This document shows positions 10,315-23,564 of a stretch of DNA of 64,000 nt, in pieces. The stretch's first letter is position 1. Each line of letters starts with the position of its first letter. The notes under the pieces were generated by a model that had not been told where the DNA came from, searched no databases, and worked only from the letters and a program-made list of their open reading frames with translations. This stretch comes from Octopus bimaculoides (lineage: Eukaryota), in NCBI RefSeq assembly GCF_001194135.2, contig NC_068987.1, positions 3,047,234-3,111,233 of the forward strand. Reading direction: 5' to 3'. A program made the translations under genes and the position numbers.

Positions 10315-11520
10315 TGTCAGTGCAGTGTGGTTGAGTGCAGTGATCACATGGGGTGTCAGTACAGCACCGTTACGTGTCAGTAGAGTACAGTGAGATCAAA
10401 CAAATAGAGTACAGTGGGGTTGTGAGCATAGGATACAGTGGGGTCATGTCGGGACAGTGGGATCGTCTCAGTAGAGTACACTGAGGTCGTGGGTGTAGAG
10501 TACAATGAAGTCATGTCAGTGAAGTGAAGTCAGTAGAGTCCAATGGATCATGTCGGTAGAGTACAATGAAATTGAGCAAGTAGAGTACTGTTGGGGTATG
10601 ACAGTATGGTACTGTGAAGTCATGTCAGGACTGTGGGATCGTCTCAGTAAAGTACATTAAGGTCATGACAGTAGAGTACAATGAAGTTATGACAGTACAG
10701 TGAAATGAAGTCAGTAGAGTACAGTGGGGTCATATCAGTACAATGAGGTCATTTCTGTACAGTACAGTATGGTGATGTCAATTCATTACATTGAGGCTAC
10801 ATCAGTAGAGTACACTGAGGTCAAGTCAGTAGAGCACGTTGGTGTCCTTGACAGTCATGTTAGTACAGTGTGGTAATATTGGTTTCATATTTTTACACAA
10901 AGACAGCAATTTTAGGGGAGCGGGGGCGGGGGAGGTGGTAAATCTCTACTGAGATGACTCCACTGTCCTGACATGGCCCTCACTCTGTACTCTACAAACA
11001 TGACTTCCCTGTACTCGACTGACATGACCGCAGTGTTCAACTGGTACTTTTATTCATCCCAAAAGGACAAAAGACAAAGTTGACCCCAGCAGAATTTGAA
11101 CTCAGAACATATTGACAAACAAAATGCCACAAAGCATTTTGTACAGCATGCTATCATGTTTGCCTTCACAGTGCAGTAAAATCGGTAGAGCCAAATGCAG
11201 ACGAGCTGGCAGAATCTGCTCATCAGGGAAAATGCTCAAACAGCATTTAATTTGCCTTCATGTTTTGAGTTCAAATTCCACCAAGGTCCACTTAGCCTTT
11301 CATCCTTTTGGGGTTGATTAAATAAGTACCAGTTACACACTGGGGTCAAAGTAATTGACTTACTCCCTGCCCGAAATTGGTGGCCTCACACCAAAAGCTG
11401 AAATCAATATTGGTAGTGTTCAGTGGGTTTGTGCCAGTAGAGCAGAGTGTGGTCTTGTGAGTAGAGCAGAGTGTGGTCTTGTGAGTAGAGCAGAGTGTGG
11501 TCATGTGAGTAGAGTGGGCT
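10315..11520. repeat. ~24-bp minisatellite family (AGTAGAGTACAGTGGGGTCATGTC-like), interrupted by an inverted block and two SINEs
   Basis: Degenerate forward units 10315-10870, reverse-complement units about 10945-11035, near-perfect 24-bp units AGTAGAGCAGAGTGTGGTCTTGTG at about 11445-11515. Confidence 0.75.
11039..11410. mobile_element. Head-to-head pair of SINE family A copies
   Basis: Minus copy about 11039-11165, plus copy about 11200-11410. Confidence 0.8.
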
Positions 11521-11850
11521 TATATCAATGCCATGCAAATTGAATCAACATCAAAGATGACATTAATGGTTACAAGCCAAAATCTGTAGCAAGATTGAAA
11601 ATTATTCTTTTCTGACCAATCTATCTTTTTCACCTCACAACTAACTTATTTGTATTGTTGTTCTTCTTCGTCTTGTACACTCCTTGTGTTGAATATGTTT
11701 GTAAAGTTAGCCAATTGTTGTAATACCTCCTCCATGTTTGTTGGTTTCCAGTTATTATTCTGTTTAAAGTTAACTCTCTAGAATTTCTAAAGAAACTAGA
11801 GTCAGCACTGAATTTTACAACATTTCATATATGAATACATCTCTGTAAAC

Positions 11851-12075
11851 CAGTGCTTCTCAACTATCAGGGGGCATGTGGCCCTTTTGTGGTTCCGGAG
11901 AAGATTTTCTTGTTAAAATTTATCTGCAACAAACTGGTTCTACTTCTATAATACACAATATTTAATTGTAAAAATATAGTAGGATTTTTTAAAGCATTAA
12001 AATGGCTAGGAGGGTCCATCCAAAGAAAATGGACATCAAAGGAGTCTACAGGTGAAAAATGGTTGAGAATCACTG
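11851..12075. mobile_element. hAT-Charlie-type MITE
   Basis: TIRs CAGTGCTTCTCAAC / GTTGAGAATCACTG; 8-bp flanks CTGTAAAC and ATGTAGAC match at 6 of 8 positions, consistent with a decayed TSD. Confidence 0.85.
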
Positions 12076-12749
12076 ATGTAGACAATGTGATCAAAGATAG
12101 AAAACAGGTAACAGGTGTACATGCATATTTCAAGAGTTATTCCTCTTTCATCAGTTCCGCATTGAACCCATTAACCATATACAAACACATTGCTTAAATA
12201 ACCATTAAATTTAATGGTGTATCACAAATGAATAGACCAATTTTATACATCAAACACATCACAACAGATAACCCAGGTAGGACACTGGCTTATAAGCCTC
12301 CAATATAACTGGTGGCATATTATGGTAACATGAAGAAACACATTCACCCTACTAGCAATTAATTACTATTCTGTACAGTTTGTACTCAGACAGCAACTGT
12401 CTCGTGTACTTTATATGGAACAACTTATCCCATGGTCAATAATAAGGTAAGTGCTCTTGACCTTATTATCTCCAACTCATTGCAATAATTTCACACAGAC
12501 TATTTGCTTAGGGGTGTTTAAACTCTGTGATGTTTCATATGAATTGAGACCAGATTTCTGATGAAACGTTACATTGCCTACTTAAATATGCTGAACAAAC
12601 AAGAAAATCTTGCCTTGCCACGTTTTTAGCAAATTTTCTATTATGGAAGTTTGAATATCATTAGAATATTAGGTCTCCTTTTTCTTTTAGTCCCTGGAAA
12701 GGTAATGGGGATTAACATCCCATTTCTCTCTCACTCCTCTTGCTTTTTG

Positions 12750-12783
<34 letters not shown>

Positions 12784-12833
12784 CACGCACACACACACAC
12801 ACACATCTATCTCTCTCCCTTCCACATTACATA

Positions 12834-13600
12834 TACAAGGTACGGTGAATAAACTGTCATCTATATTACGCAAAAATGAAAATAACACTGACATCTCATT
12901 TTATCAGATATATTTACCAAAATTATATTAAAATATCTTGAAATACAAAAGAGTAAATTTATTCAATAAAATCACCATTAGCTTCAAATACGGCCTCCAG
13001 ACGACTTTGGAATCTCCTGCAATTCTTCTGGATGGTCTCCTTGTTTAAGTTGGTGAATGCAGCCATAATCCTTGCCTTCAATTCATATTTGGTATTACAA
13101 GGAGTTTTGTTGGTCTCTTGCTCAACTGTTCTCCACACATAATAATCAAGAGGGTTGCAGTCTGGCAAGATAGGTGGCCAGATATTAGGGGTGATGTGGT
13201 CGCAGAAATTGTCTGACAACCATGACTGGGTTGTGTGGCATGGTTCAGAGTCCTGTTGCCAGACATAGGGTCTTCCAGCAGTCATCCTCTTCACCCAGAA
13301 CAGTGCTGCCTCCTCCAGGTACTTGATGTAGGCCTCCATGTGGAGTCTGAGGTTGTGTGGGAAGATGAATGAAGGCATAACGTCGCTATCACTAGTGATC
13401 ACTCCAAACACCATGATGTTGACTGGATGTGTGATTTTCATCACTCTTGGTTCATGTCCTCAGGTTGTACTGTCCTCAGATTGTACTGTCCTCAGATTAA
13501 CACCCAAACACTCTGAAATATTTGTATTGGTGCTTCCAATATGAATACCAAGCAGTACAGCATGTCGTTTCCAAATTGAGTGAATATCTTGATACCTCGT
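12834..13600 (-). mobile_element. Tc1/mariner (maT-like) transposon, internally deleted
   Basis: ORF 12959-13444 has MVFGVITSD, WQQDSEPCH, WPPILPDCNPLDYYVW and RLEAVFEANGDFIE. D-D spacing is 34 in this copy (maT is normally DD37D; a 3-codon loss is inferred). TIR-like TA-CAAGGTACGGTGAATAAACTGTC at 12834 resembles the TIR at 15741. Confidence 0.9.
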
Positions 13601-14282
13601 CAGTCATCATCCTCTTTCTTTTCCATCTAGGGTAGCCATGTATCTCCCCTACAGCAAAACACCCATTCCTATCCCTCTATCACACTTTAACCCCTCATCA
13701 CCTGGAAGAAAGCCACCTCCTTCAATGCTATAAATGGCTCAATCAAGGGTTCTCGTCTTGTGAGTTACTTGGTGGCCCCACTGATGTTGGTGCCATGAAA
13801 AAGCACCTGGTTCATTCAGTAGAATGATTGGCATTGAGAAGGTTACAACAACTCTTTCCACACAAAACATGGGCGATATTCTGCCAGGGTTATTTAAGCT
13901 CTAAACAAATGAACTGTTAGAATTCTCTGAAAATTATTTTTCCATCTCACTTGGTAATTATTATCAAGGTGTTGTGTATTGTTTGTTTTTTCACATAAAC
14001 AATATGATTCAACATTCTCCTGATATGTGATTGTAAACAGAAGAAATGACAGCTTTAGTATACAGACTTGAGTGATTCAATGATGTTTTATTACAGAAAG
14101 AAAAATCCTTTCAATTGATATCTTTCATTAGCGTGAAAAGGTTTCTCAATTGAAATTGGTAAGTACAAGGTAGACATGGCCGACATTGAGAGAAAGAGGA
14201 AGACATCACAGATGATGTTAGAGGAAAGAGGAGACAAAATTGATTTTCAACCTTTGAAGTAATGGCAATGATTTTAATCTGA

Positions 14283-14322
<40 letters not shown>

Positions 14323-14444
14323 CAACAACAACAACAATAATGATAGTAGTAATATATTTATATCTGTGTGTATGTGTGTGTATACATACACTCAAGCATA
14401 TAAATACACTCACTCTCTTACATATGCATACAGATGCACACATG

Positions 14445-14489
<45 letters not shown>

Positions 14490-14837
14490 ATTGATTGATT
14501 AATTGAATATCATAGTCTACACATACAAAAACCCAACATGGAAGCGTACACACATGTATCTACAAATAAATCTCTCTACTTAGATGCGTGAATGTGTCTT
14601 ATTGAACACAACAAGTCTAACAAGACATATTTTACTCCTTTCATTGTTTTTAATAAAAATACATTAACACCAAACAGCAAACACTCTCAGTTCTTTACTC
14701 CGGCAGCTTTACTTTATTCCTATGAACAAGCAACACCAGGAATTATCTGTCTGTGTGTCTGTCTATATGTTTGTGCTTGTGTTTCTCTGTTTATGTACAC
14801 ACATACACACACACACACGTCATATACATGACAGGAG

Positions 14838-15180
14838 AAGACTCCTCTTCGGTCATGACTGACCATGGGATTGCACCTAGAAAGTTACCCTCCCAAGCAC
14901 AAGTCCGGGAAAGGTTATTTATGGAAGACCAGCAGTCGCCCATGCATACCAGCCTCCCCTCTCAACGCCACTGATGTTATCCAAGGAAATGGTAAAGGGG
15001 TCGATACAGCTTGGCACCTGTGACGTCGCAACTCATTTCTACAGCTGAGTAAACTGGAGCAACGTGATATAAAGTGTCTTGCTCAAGAACACAACATACA
15101 GCCCGGTCCGGGAATTGAACTCACAAACTCACAATGGTAAGCTCGATGCTCTAACCACTGAGCCATGCACCTTCACATAC
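14838..15180 (-). mobile_element. SINE family D (tRNA head plus CORE-like domain), full length
   Basis: Reverse strand TGGCTCAGTGGTTAGAGC (A box), GAGTTCAATTCC (B box), TTCTTGAGCAAGACACTTTA...CAGCTGTAGAAATG. Other copies at 31438(+), 47120(+), 48805(+) and 30640(-). Confidence 0.88.
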
Positions 15181-15228
15181 ATGACAAGTGTATGTGTATG
15201 TATGTGTGTATATACATATATATATATA

Positions 15229-15460
15229 TCATCATCATCATCATCATCGTTTAACGTCCGCTTTCCATGCTAGCATGGGTTGGACGATTTGACTGAGGAC
15301 TGGTGAAACCGGATGGCAACACCAGGCTCCAGTCTGATTTGGCAGAGTTTCTACAGCTGGATGCCCTTCCTAACGCCAACCACTCAGAGAGTGTAGTGGG
15401 TGCTTTTACGTGTCACCCACACGAAAACAACCACGCTCGAAATGGTGTCTTTTATGTGCC
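15229..15460 (-). mobile_element. SINE family C, young CpG-intact subfamily
   Basis: About 95 bp identical to 44127-44221; runs into an N gap. Confidence 0.88.
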
Positions 15461-15740
15461 NNNNNNNNNNNNNNNNNNNNNNNNNNNNNNNNNNNNNNNN
15501 NNNNNNNNNNNNNNNNNNNNNNNNNNNNNNNNNNNNNNNNNNNNNNNNNNNNNNNNNNNNNNNNNNNNNNNNNNNNNNNNNNNNNNNNNNNNNNNNNNNN
15601 NNNNNNNNNNNNNNNNNNNNNNNNNNNNNNNNNNNNNNNNNNNNNNNNNNNNNNNNNNNNNNNNNNNNNNNNNNNNNNNNNNNNNNNNNNNNNNNNNNNN
15701 NNNNNNNNNNNNNNNNNNNNNNNNNNNNNATATATATACA

Positions 15741-16418
15741 TACAGGGTGCGATGGGTAAATTGTTGCCATTTTATATTTTTAATTTTGCACATGAGCATT
15801 GTTTGTTTTTGAGTTTGTTGACTACAGAGTATAGAAGAGTCAGTTGGGCACCATCTGTGAGGAAAACAGCACTATGAGGTAATACACTCTGCCAGAAATT
15901 TGGAAACAATGTGGCGAGCTGGAAGAAATGTTAGCATTCCAGGCAAAATGCTTAGCAGTATTTTGTTTCTCTTTACATAACTGAGTTCAAATTCTGCCAA
16001 GTTCAACTTTGCTTTTCATCCTTTCTGGGTCAATAAATTAAGTACCAGTTGCATACTGGGGTTGATCTAATTGACTGCCCCCCCACCACCACAAAGTTCA
16101 GGCCTTGTGCCTAGAGTAGAAAAGAAATTTGGAAACGACATACTGTAGTGCTTGGCATTCGTACTGGAAGCTCCTATACGAGCAGATGGTGAACACACAG
16201 AATGACCATTGGCTTGCCGTGTCCCCAAAACATGTACTGAGAGTGATAAATATCAAACATCCAGTCAACATCATGGTGTTTCGAGTGACCACTAGTCATG
16301 ACGATGTTATGTCTCCATTCATCTTCCCACACGGCCCCAGGCTCAACACAGAGACCTACATCAAGTGCCTGGAGGAGCTAGTACTGCTCTGAGTAAGAGG
16401 GTGGCTGCTGGAAGAACC
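15741..16418 (+). mobile_element. Second maT-like transposon copy (5' TIR, internal deletion, nested SINE)
   Basis: TA-CAGGGTGCGATGGGTAAATTG TIR; QMVNTQNDHWLAVSPKHVLRVINIKHPVNIMVFRVTTSHDDVMSPFIFPHGPRLNTETYIKCLEE is homologous to the 12959 ORF. Confidence 0.88.
15908..16122 (+). mobile_element. SINE family A nested in the mariner with 14-bp TSD
   Basis: AGAAATTTGGAAAC at 15894-15907 and 16123-16136 flanks a complete SINE A. Confidence 0.9.
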
Positions 16419-16906
16419 TATATATATATANNNNNNNNNNNNNNNNNNNNNNNNNNNNNNNNNNNNNNNNNNNNNNNNNNNNNNNNNNNNNNNNNNNNNN
16501 NNNNNNNNNNNNNNNNNNNNNNNNNNNNNNNNNNNNNNNNNNNNNNNNNNNNNNNNNNNNNNNNNNNNNNNNNNNNNNNNNNNNNNNNNNNNNNNNNNNN
16601 NNNNNNNNNNNNNNNNNNNNNNNNNNNNNNNNNNNNNNNNNNNNNNNNNNNNNNNNNNNNNNNNNNNNNNNNNNNNNNNNNNNNNNNNNNNNNNNNNNNN
16701 NNNNNNNNNNNNNNNNNNNNNNNNNNNNNNNNNNNNNNNNNNNNNNNNNNNNNNNNNNNNNNNNNNNNNNNNNNNNNNNNNNNNNNNNNNNNNNNNNNNN
16801 NNNNNNNNNNNNNNNNNNNNNNNNNNNNNNNNNNNNNNNNNNNNNNNNNNNNNNNNNNNNNNNNNNNNNNNNNNNNNNNNNNNNNNNNNNNNNNNNNNNN
16901 NNNNNN

Positions 16907-16952
<46 letters not shown>

Positions 16953-17389
16953 CACCTCTAACCACATACTTAATTGCTACTTATTGGTAAGCAGCAACAG
17001 AGGTGCCGTTAACAACAGTTATGTAGTCCAGCAGGAGATGATACTCCATCAGTCTAGTACAGTCGTCGTATAATATATCTAAAGTGTATCTCTAAAATCA
17101 CTGTAGTTTACTGCTCCAATGGTGGATCAATAAACACTATAGAGCCTTCCTCTCTCTCCCTCTTTCATTCTCTCACTCTCTCTCTCCCATGCTCTGTATA
17201 GTTGTTCATCCTAGATATTGACTCGACCCACCAATTCATTCTGAAACAGGACAAACAATCTTCCAATCAACTCTTCTTCTCGTTATTCGATTTCACAAAA
17301 GAGTTTATCGCAAATAAACAAACAAAAATAGCGATTTAGCTGTGTATATTAACACGCATACACGCACATACACATATGTATACACCTCC

Positions 17390-17960
<571 letters not shown>

Positions 17961-18172
17961 AGGAGCTGTACTTGTTTGGCAAATGATATGAGACTGTCAT
18001 ACAAACATCCATACACCCATACATCCCTACATCTCTACATACATATGTAGGCAAAAGTGTGGCTGTGTAGTGAAGAAATTTGATTCCCAACCCCATGGTT
18101 TTGGGTTCAGTCCCAGTGTGTGTCACCTTGGTCAAATATCCTCCACTATAGCTAGGGGACTGGCGATTGTAG

Positions 18173-18640
18173 TCATGATGAAGCACGCAGGTATGATAGG
18201 ATATACTTCCTTTCATGTGGGCAAGGGCTAAACACTTCACTCCTGCTCTTCAGGTAAATATCCAGGCGTTGGGTACCCTTTAAAATCGTTCTCTTCTCAT
18301 CCAGGCACAGTCTGCGCTTACTGCTGTTATTGAAGTATGGTTTACATTTCTCCAGGACCTTCCACTTTATGCTGTACTCTGTGGCGCCTTCTTTTAAAGA
18401 CCAAACATGCTTGGCTAGGGTTGTGGAGTTGCGTCTCTCTTGGATGTTGAAGGACTTGTGGTTGTTAAAGCAGGTTCTGAAGGGGGCCTTCAGTTTCCCA
18501 CACATACTTCCACATGCTTGGTTGCCTATTGGGTCCTATGGCTGTTACCTCTGTTTTGTATACCACTGTCTCTGTGTTACAGTGGCCATTCAGTGGACAA
18601 GTTGTTTTACCTCTGAACAAGCATCCTGCCTCTGCCTTGT
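18173..18640 (-). mobile_element. Penelope-like element GIY-YIG endonuclease fragment
   Basis: KTTCPLNGHCNTETVVYKTEVT...WKYVGKTEG (VVY/YVG motif), then a frameshift into FNNHKSF...NSTTLAKHVWSLKE...YSIKWKVLE...LCLDEKRTI...RSEVFSPCPHERKY*. Confidence 0.85.
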
Positions 18641-18690
18641 GTGTGGGCCTACCTACTAAAATCTTTTTTACACTATATATGTATCATGCA

Positions 18691-18734
18691 GAAATTTCAA
18701 ACCTGGGTTATCATTCCTAAGGTATTTTTCGATG

Positions 18735-18769
<35 letters not shown>

Positions 18770-19125
18770 GTCTTTTCACAGCTTCTAATGTTGGAGATGT
18801 ACTACAGTGTTAGCTGTTCACTACCACCCCTTATTTTTTGAGCACCTTCCGGAGTATTCAAGCTGTTCCGAGCAGTGCTGTTTTATGCAAGTGCTCCACC
18901 CTTATTGCAGCCCCTATTTGTTCCATGTACTTCTCGAGATTATTGCTCACTGTTCTCTGGGCTCCGACAATTATTGGTACTACTGGTACCTTTTTCATCG
19001 ATCACAACTGCTTAACTTCTTCTTCTTCTTCTTATTATTATTATTATTATTCAGGTCACTGCCTGGGATTGAACTTGGGATCTTGGGGTTAGTAACCTGT
19101 GCTCTTAACCACTACGCCATATACG
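18691..19125 (-). mobile_element. tRNA-head/hammerhead module, 3'-truncated before the ribozyme and split by an insertion in its (AAT)n tract
   Basis: Head at 19052-19125 and body at 18691-18737 both align to 44228-44450. Confidence 0.85.
18770..19031 (-). mobile_element. 5'-truncated R4/Dong-type retrotransposon (RLE C-terminus plus 3' UTR) inserted in (AAT)n
   Basis: EVKQL*SMKKVPVVPIIVGAQRTVSNNLEKYMEQIGAAIRVEHLHKTALLGTA*ILRKVLKK*; (AAT)n on both sides. Confidence 0.85.
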
Positions 19126-19946
19126 CACATGTATATGCAAGGTGATTCAGAGATCCCTTTAGAGATCTTAAATGATGCTTTGTATTAATTCTGAAGAAAC
19201 AAAGAACCTTTTCAATCATCCTGTACACACACACACACACACACACATATGCATGCACACACATAATGTTATATATAATAATGATAATGATATACAGATT
19301 AAATACACATGAGGTTGTGTATAAGACATGCCATCTCGGTGTTTCCCCATCAAAGATAAAGAGTCATTGGTCGATTTGTCACAGACTCGCTCTCAGCTTC
19401 TCTGTGTGAGAATATATACACACACATACACACACACATTAACACATATACATACATACTTACATATATATATATATATATATATATATGTGTATGTGTA
19501 TGTGTATATGCATGCATGCATTTATACGTGTCTATAATATAGCAGTTGAGTGTGTATACCATTGTTCTAGAACATGTCATTAATAAAAGCTTTCAGTGCA
19601 TAATCTCAGTCCAGATAATTGATCTCAGCAAATAGATTTCATTTCTTTTCTTTTATAATATCTTTGAATCAACTACTTTGAGGAAGGGCACATCGGATTA
19701 TTAATGTGTGTGTGTGTGTGTGCGTGCGTGTGTGCTCGAATATAGCTATACACCCATACACACAAACACACATTTATGAATATATATAATTGTAGCTTCT
19801 TTATATATATCTAAATGTACGTACATATATATGCAAATATATATATATGCGTGTATGTATAAAAATATGTACGCATATGTATCTGTACATGCATATACAT
19901 AAATATATATGCATACATATAATATATATATACATATATACATATA

Positions 19947-19990
<44 letters not shown>

Positions 19991-19995
19991 GTATA

Positions 19996-20050
<55 letters not shown>

Positions 20051-20053
<3 letters not shown>

Positions 20054-20270
20054 AAATTTCATTTAGTTTGCTTTGCAGGAGCAACTGTTTTATCGAAAGC
20101 GTATATTGTTGTTAAATGCTCGAAATACGAGAGTAGAAAAACAGCCAACAACTGATGAAGGGTCGTTCTTTATGCTGCTTGTTTTGTTTTCCATTTGTGT
20201 CTTTCGTTGTTCGAAAGAATAGTTCATGTTCCATGTACTCGTATTTTTTTGTTGTACACGTTTCGTGATA
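20051..20270 (+). mobile_element. Penelope-terminus-like repeat embedded in (TA)n
   Basis: ACAACTGATGAAGGGTCGTTCTTTATGCTG...TTGTTCGAAAGAATAGTTC aligns with 5205-5320; flanked by long (TA)n on both sides. Confidence 0.5.
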
Positions 20271-20744
20271 TATATACATATATATATATATATATATTAT
20301 TATTATTATTATTATTATATGCTTGTGTGTGTATATATATATGTGCTGAGTGGAAGCTTCTGGTGTGTGAGTGTATAAGTGTACTTGCCTGCAGACATGT
20401 GTGACTATGGGTGTCAATGTACATTTGAATTTATATGCCCTGTGGTGTGGGTGTGGTGGTACGCGCACGCGTGTATGTCTGGGCCTTGAGGGATGTATCA
20501 GTGTGTTTCTGTATGTGTATAGCTGTGTGCATGTGAAGTTGACTGGCATACATACATGTGGGGGGGGGGGGGTGCTGGCATGTGTCTACAAGTATGATTA
20601 TTAATGTGTGTGTCTGTGTGTCTTTGCATAGATTTAAACATATGAGATTCAAACAAATAAGGGAGGAACTGCCATTGTCTTTCATCTTCACCCCTTCATT
20701 CCTGTTTTGGATAAAATTTTCTCAGAGAGCTGGTGCAGCTTTTT

Positions 20745-21190
20745 ATTCTTTTACTTGTTTCAGTCATTTGACTGTGACCATGCTGGAGCACCACCTTTTT
20801 AGCTGAAGGAATCGACCCCTGGACTTATTCTTTGTAAGCCCGGTACTTATTCTAACGGTGTCTTCTGCTGAACCGTTATGTTACAGGGACATAAACACAC
20901 CAACATCAGTTGTCAAGCAATGAGGGAGCAGGTGGACAAACACAGACACAAAAACACACACATAAATACACACACACACACACACATATATATGGAAAGC
21001 GGACGTTAAACGAACGATATATATATATATATATGACAGGCTTCTTTCAATTTCTGTCTACCCAATTCAGTCACAAGGCTTTAGTTGGCGAGAGGCTATA
21101 GTAGAAGACACTTACCCAAGATGCCATGCAGTAGGACTGAACCTGGAAGCATGTGGTTGGTAAAGCAAGCTTCTTACCACACAGCCAAGC
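20745..21190 (-). mobile_element. Full-length bipartite SINE family B with internal microsatellite
   Basis: Reverse strand: tRNA head and CORE-like 5' half, (TA/TG)n spacer, then a 3' half ending CAAATGACTGAAACAAGTAAAAGA. Similar copies at 30030-30405 and 34545-34890. Confidence 0.85.
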
Positions 21191-22064
21191 CTACATCTAT
21201 TGCACCTATTCGGCCAAATAGCTGGAGGTCGACAAGCAAACAGTTGAGATTTTTCCTTTTTTTTTTTTTAATATGTATTTTACTTTTTTGTTACTCTGGG
21301 AACTTCCTTCATGTTTTAGACAGGACTTGCTCAGACCTCCGATGCAGCTTTTTGACAGTAAATCTTTGATATATATAATGAAGAACCTTTCTCTATCTTA
21401 ATCCCAAACATGACCAATTCCTTAACATTAGTAGCCTCAAATCAATGGTAAAGAAGATGTGAAAGTTACACATTTGGAATCAAAGATGTTACATCAACTT
21501 TGGCAACTCTACAAAAGTGTCTTCTATGACTCAAACTGCATCTATATCTTTGTAACACGATCTGTAAGCAGTGCAGGCTTCAATACAGTTTCCTTCAAGC
21601 TGTGGAAGACCAAAACTTAATTGCAAATTTAATTGTGGACTACAGAATCCACAATTTAGCCACAAAACCATGCTAAAATGTAACTGTGTAAACCAAGAGA
21701 CAGCTGTTTATGCCATTGTACAATAATGGTGACATCTTCCTTTTTCAGTGCCATCTGGTCAAGCTTCAGCCAGAAAATTATGAGGACAGGCAATGTCTTT
21801 ATGTAAACAGTAATGAGTTTTTATGCAAAACATCAAATTTATAGCCATTCTTTGCAATGAAACTGAAAACAGTTTCATTACAGAAATACAATAAGTATGG
21901 AGAACAAAAAAATTACTGATGGACGAAGATTTTATATAAGAAACAATGAGGTTTTTCATTCTTAATAATGAATCGAATTTAATGTCATTTCTTAGTTTAA
22001 GTGCAAAATTACAATTAATCAAAAGTGACATGAAAAGATAGCAACATCATTGTTGTCGTCATCG

Positions 22065-22100
<36 letters not shown>

Positions 22101-22374
22101 CCATCATCATTTAACATCTTTTTTTTTCCATGCTGGCACGGGTTGGATCGTTCAACAGGAACTGGCAAGACTCTTTTGGTCATCACAGGGATGAAGGGAA
22201 TCAAAATACATTCAATATTCTTTACGTGCAAAATCTTAATGTTAAACTTATATTTAAATTTTAATTTACCTGAAGCAAACAGATTTTTTTTCTTAAAATA
22301 ATTGATTTGTTCATCAATAAAAGCCACGTCTGAAACAGTTGTAGTGAACCTCAGCCTATTTGGGTTATTATAGA

Positions 22375-22930
22375 CATTTCTCACTCCTTTTCTTTTCATC
22401 ATTGTCCTCCAAGCCATGACAGAGGTTTGTTAAGACTGGCTGCTCTTGGGAAATGTTATATGCTGATGACGTTGTTCTCTTAGCAGAATCTATAGTAGAA
22501 TTAGAAAGGAGGTTCCAGATATGGAAACAAAACCTGGAATTGAAGGATCTTGAAATTAATATAGCAAAGACCAAAGCAGGAAAGCAGACAGGACTGTACC
22601 CCACTCAATAAATGGCCCTACTTGATATGCAGGAAGGGTGGTGTTGGCAGAAATTCTATAAAGTGTTCCCAGTGCAAGTTATAGACATACAAGGGGTGCA
22701 GCAAAATCATGGGAAGATTAATGGAGAAACTAGTATTCGAATATGAAGGATGTGCTTAGAACAATAAACATTATGGACACACGGGACATAGATTTTTTCG
22801 AGTGCCCTGGAGGCTCTCTAAAGGTAATTACTAGTTTCAGTTGACCAGGTAACCTAATTAGCAGGGAAGATGGATTTCTGAATATAAAGTTGCTAGAATA
22901 AGAATAGGATGGAGAAAATTCAGAGCTTCC
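22375..22930 (+). mobile_element. RTE-clade LINE RT fragment
   Basis: PFLFIIVLQAMTEVCKTGCSWEMLYADDVVLLAESIVELERRFQIWKQNLELKDLEINIAKTK, followed by the Cys-rich WPYLICRKGGVGRNSIKCSQCK segment. Confidence 0.88.
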
Positions 22931-23527
22931 TCTTCATCACTCCTATACTTTGCACATCATCTCTTTACCTTCTGGTGTATCCTCCTCCTCCTTTCTGAGC
23001 CACTTCTTTCTCTCTCTCACCTTACTTCATTGATATTTCCCACCAACAACACCTCCACTCTTGCACATCATACAGAATGATGCATTATTACTTTAGTGTT
23101 GTGTGTGTGTGTGTGTGTGTCCGTCCTGAGTGTGACTTTAAACTGCATCCAGTAAAGGACTCCTGGTACTGGAGTTCCAATGTTTTGAAATGGAACATAC
23201 CTCTTAGCCACCTTTTGTTCCCTGGTTTACTGTGACCCAGGATAGCAGCACCTGTCAGGGTCTCTGCTACGGGTTAATAAGCAAACGAGTGCTTGCCTGC
23301 CTGTGCACGGGAAGACTGGTTCTGGCAGTCTCAACAGAAGAAACGTTCATGGTTTTACAGAGGGGGGGAAGCTGCAGAATGGAGTGCAGAGAGTAAGAGG
23401 AGGCGAGTAAGACATCTTGGCCATCAATTGCATCCGTCTCCATCTCCAGTCGTCTTGACTTGGTCTTGTCATAGGACTGATCACGTTCCCAACTGAGAGA
23501 GAGAGAGAGGGGGGAGAGAGAGAGTGG

Positions 23528-23564
<37 letters not shown>

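Noticed and set aside
20120-20165. Type II hammerhead from GAAA...CTGATGA order
   Set aside because: No UH triplet after a stem III and no convincing stem I or II pairing in this copy.
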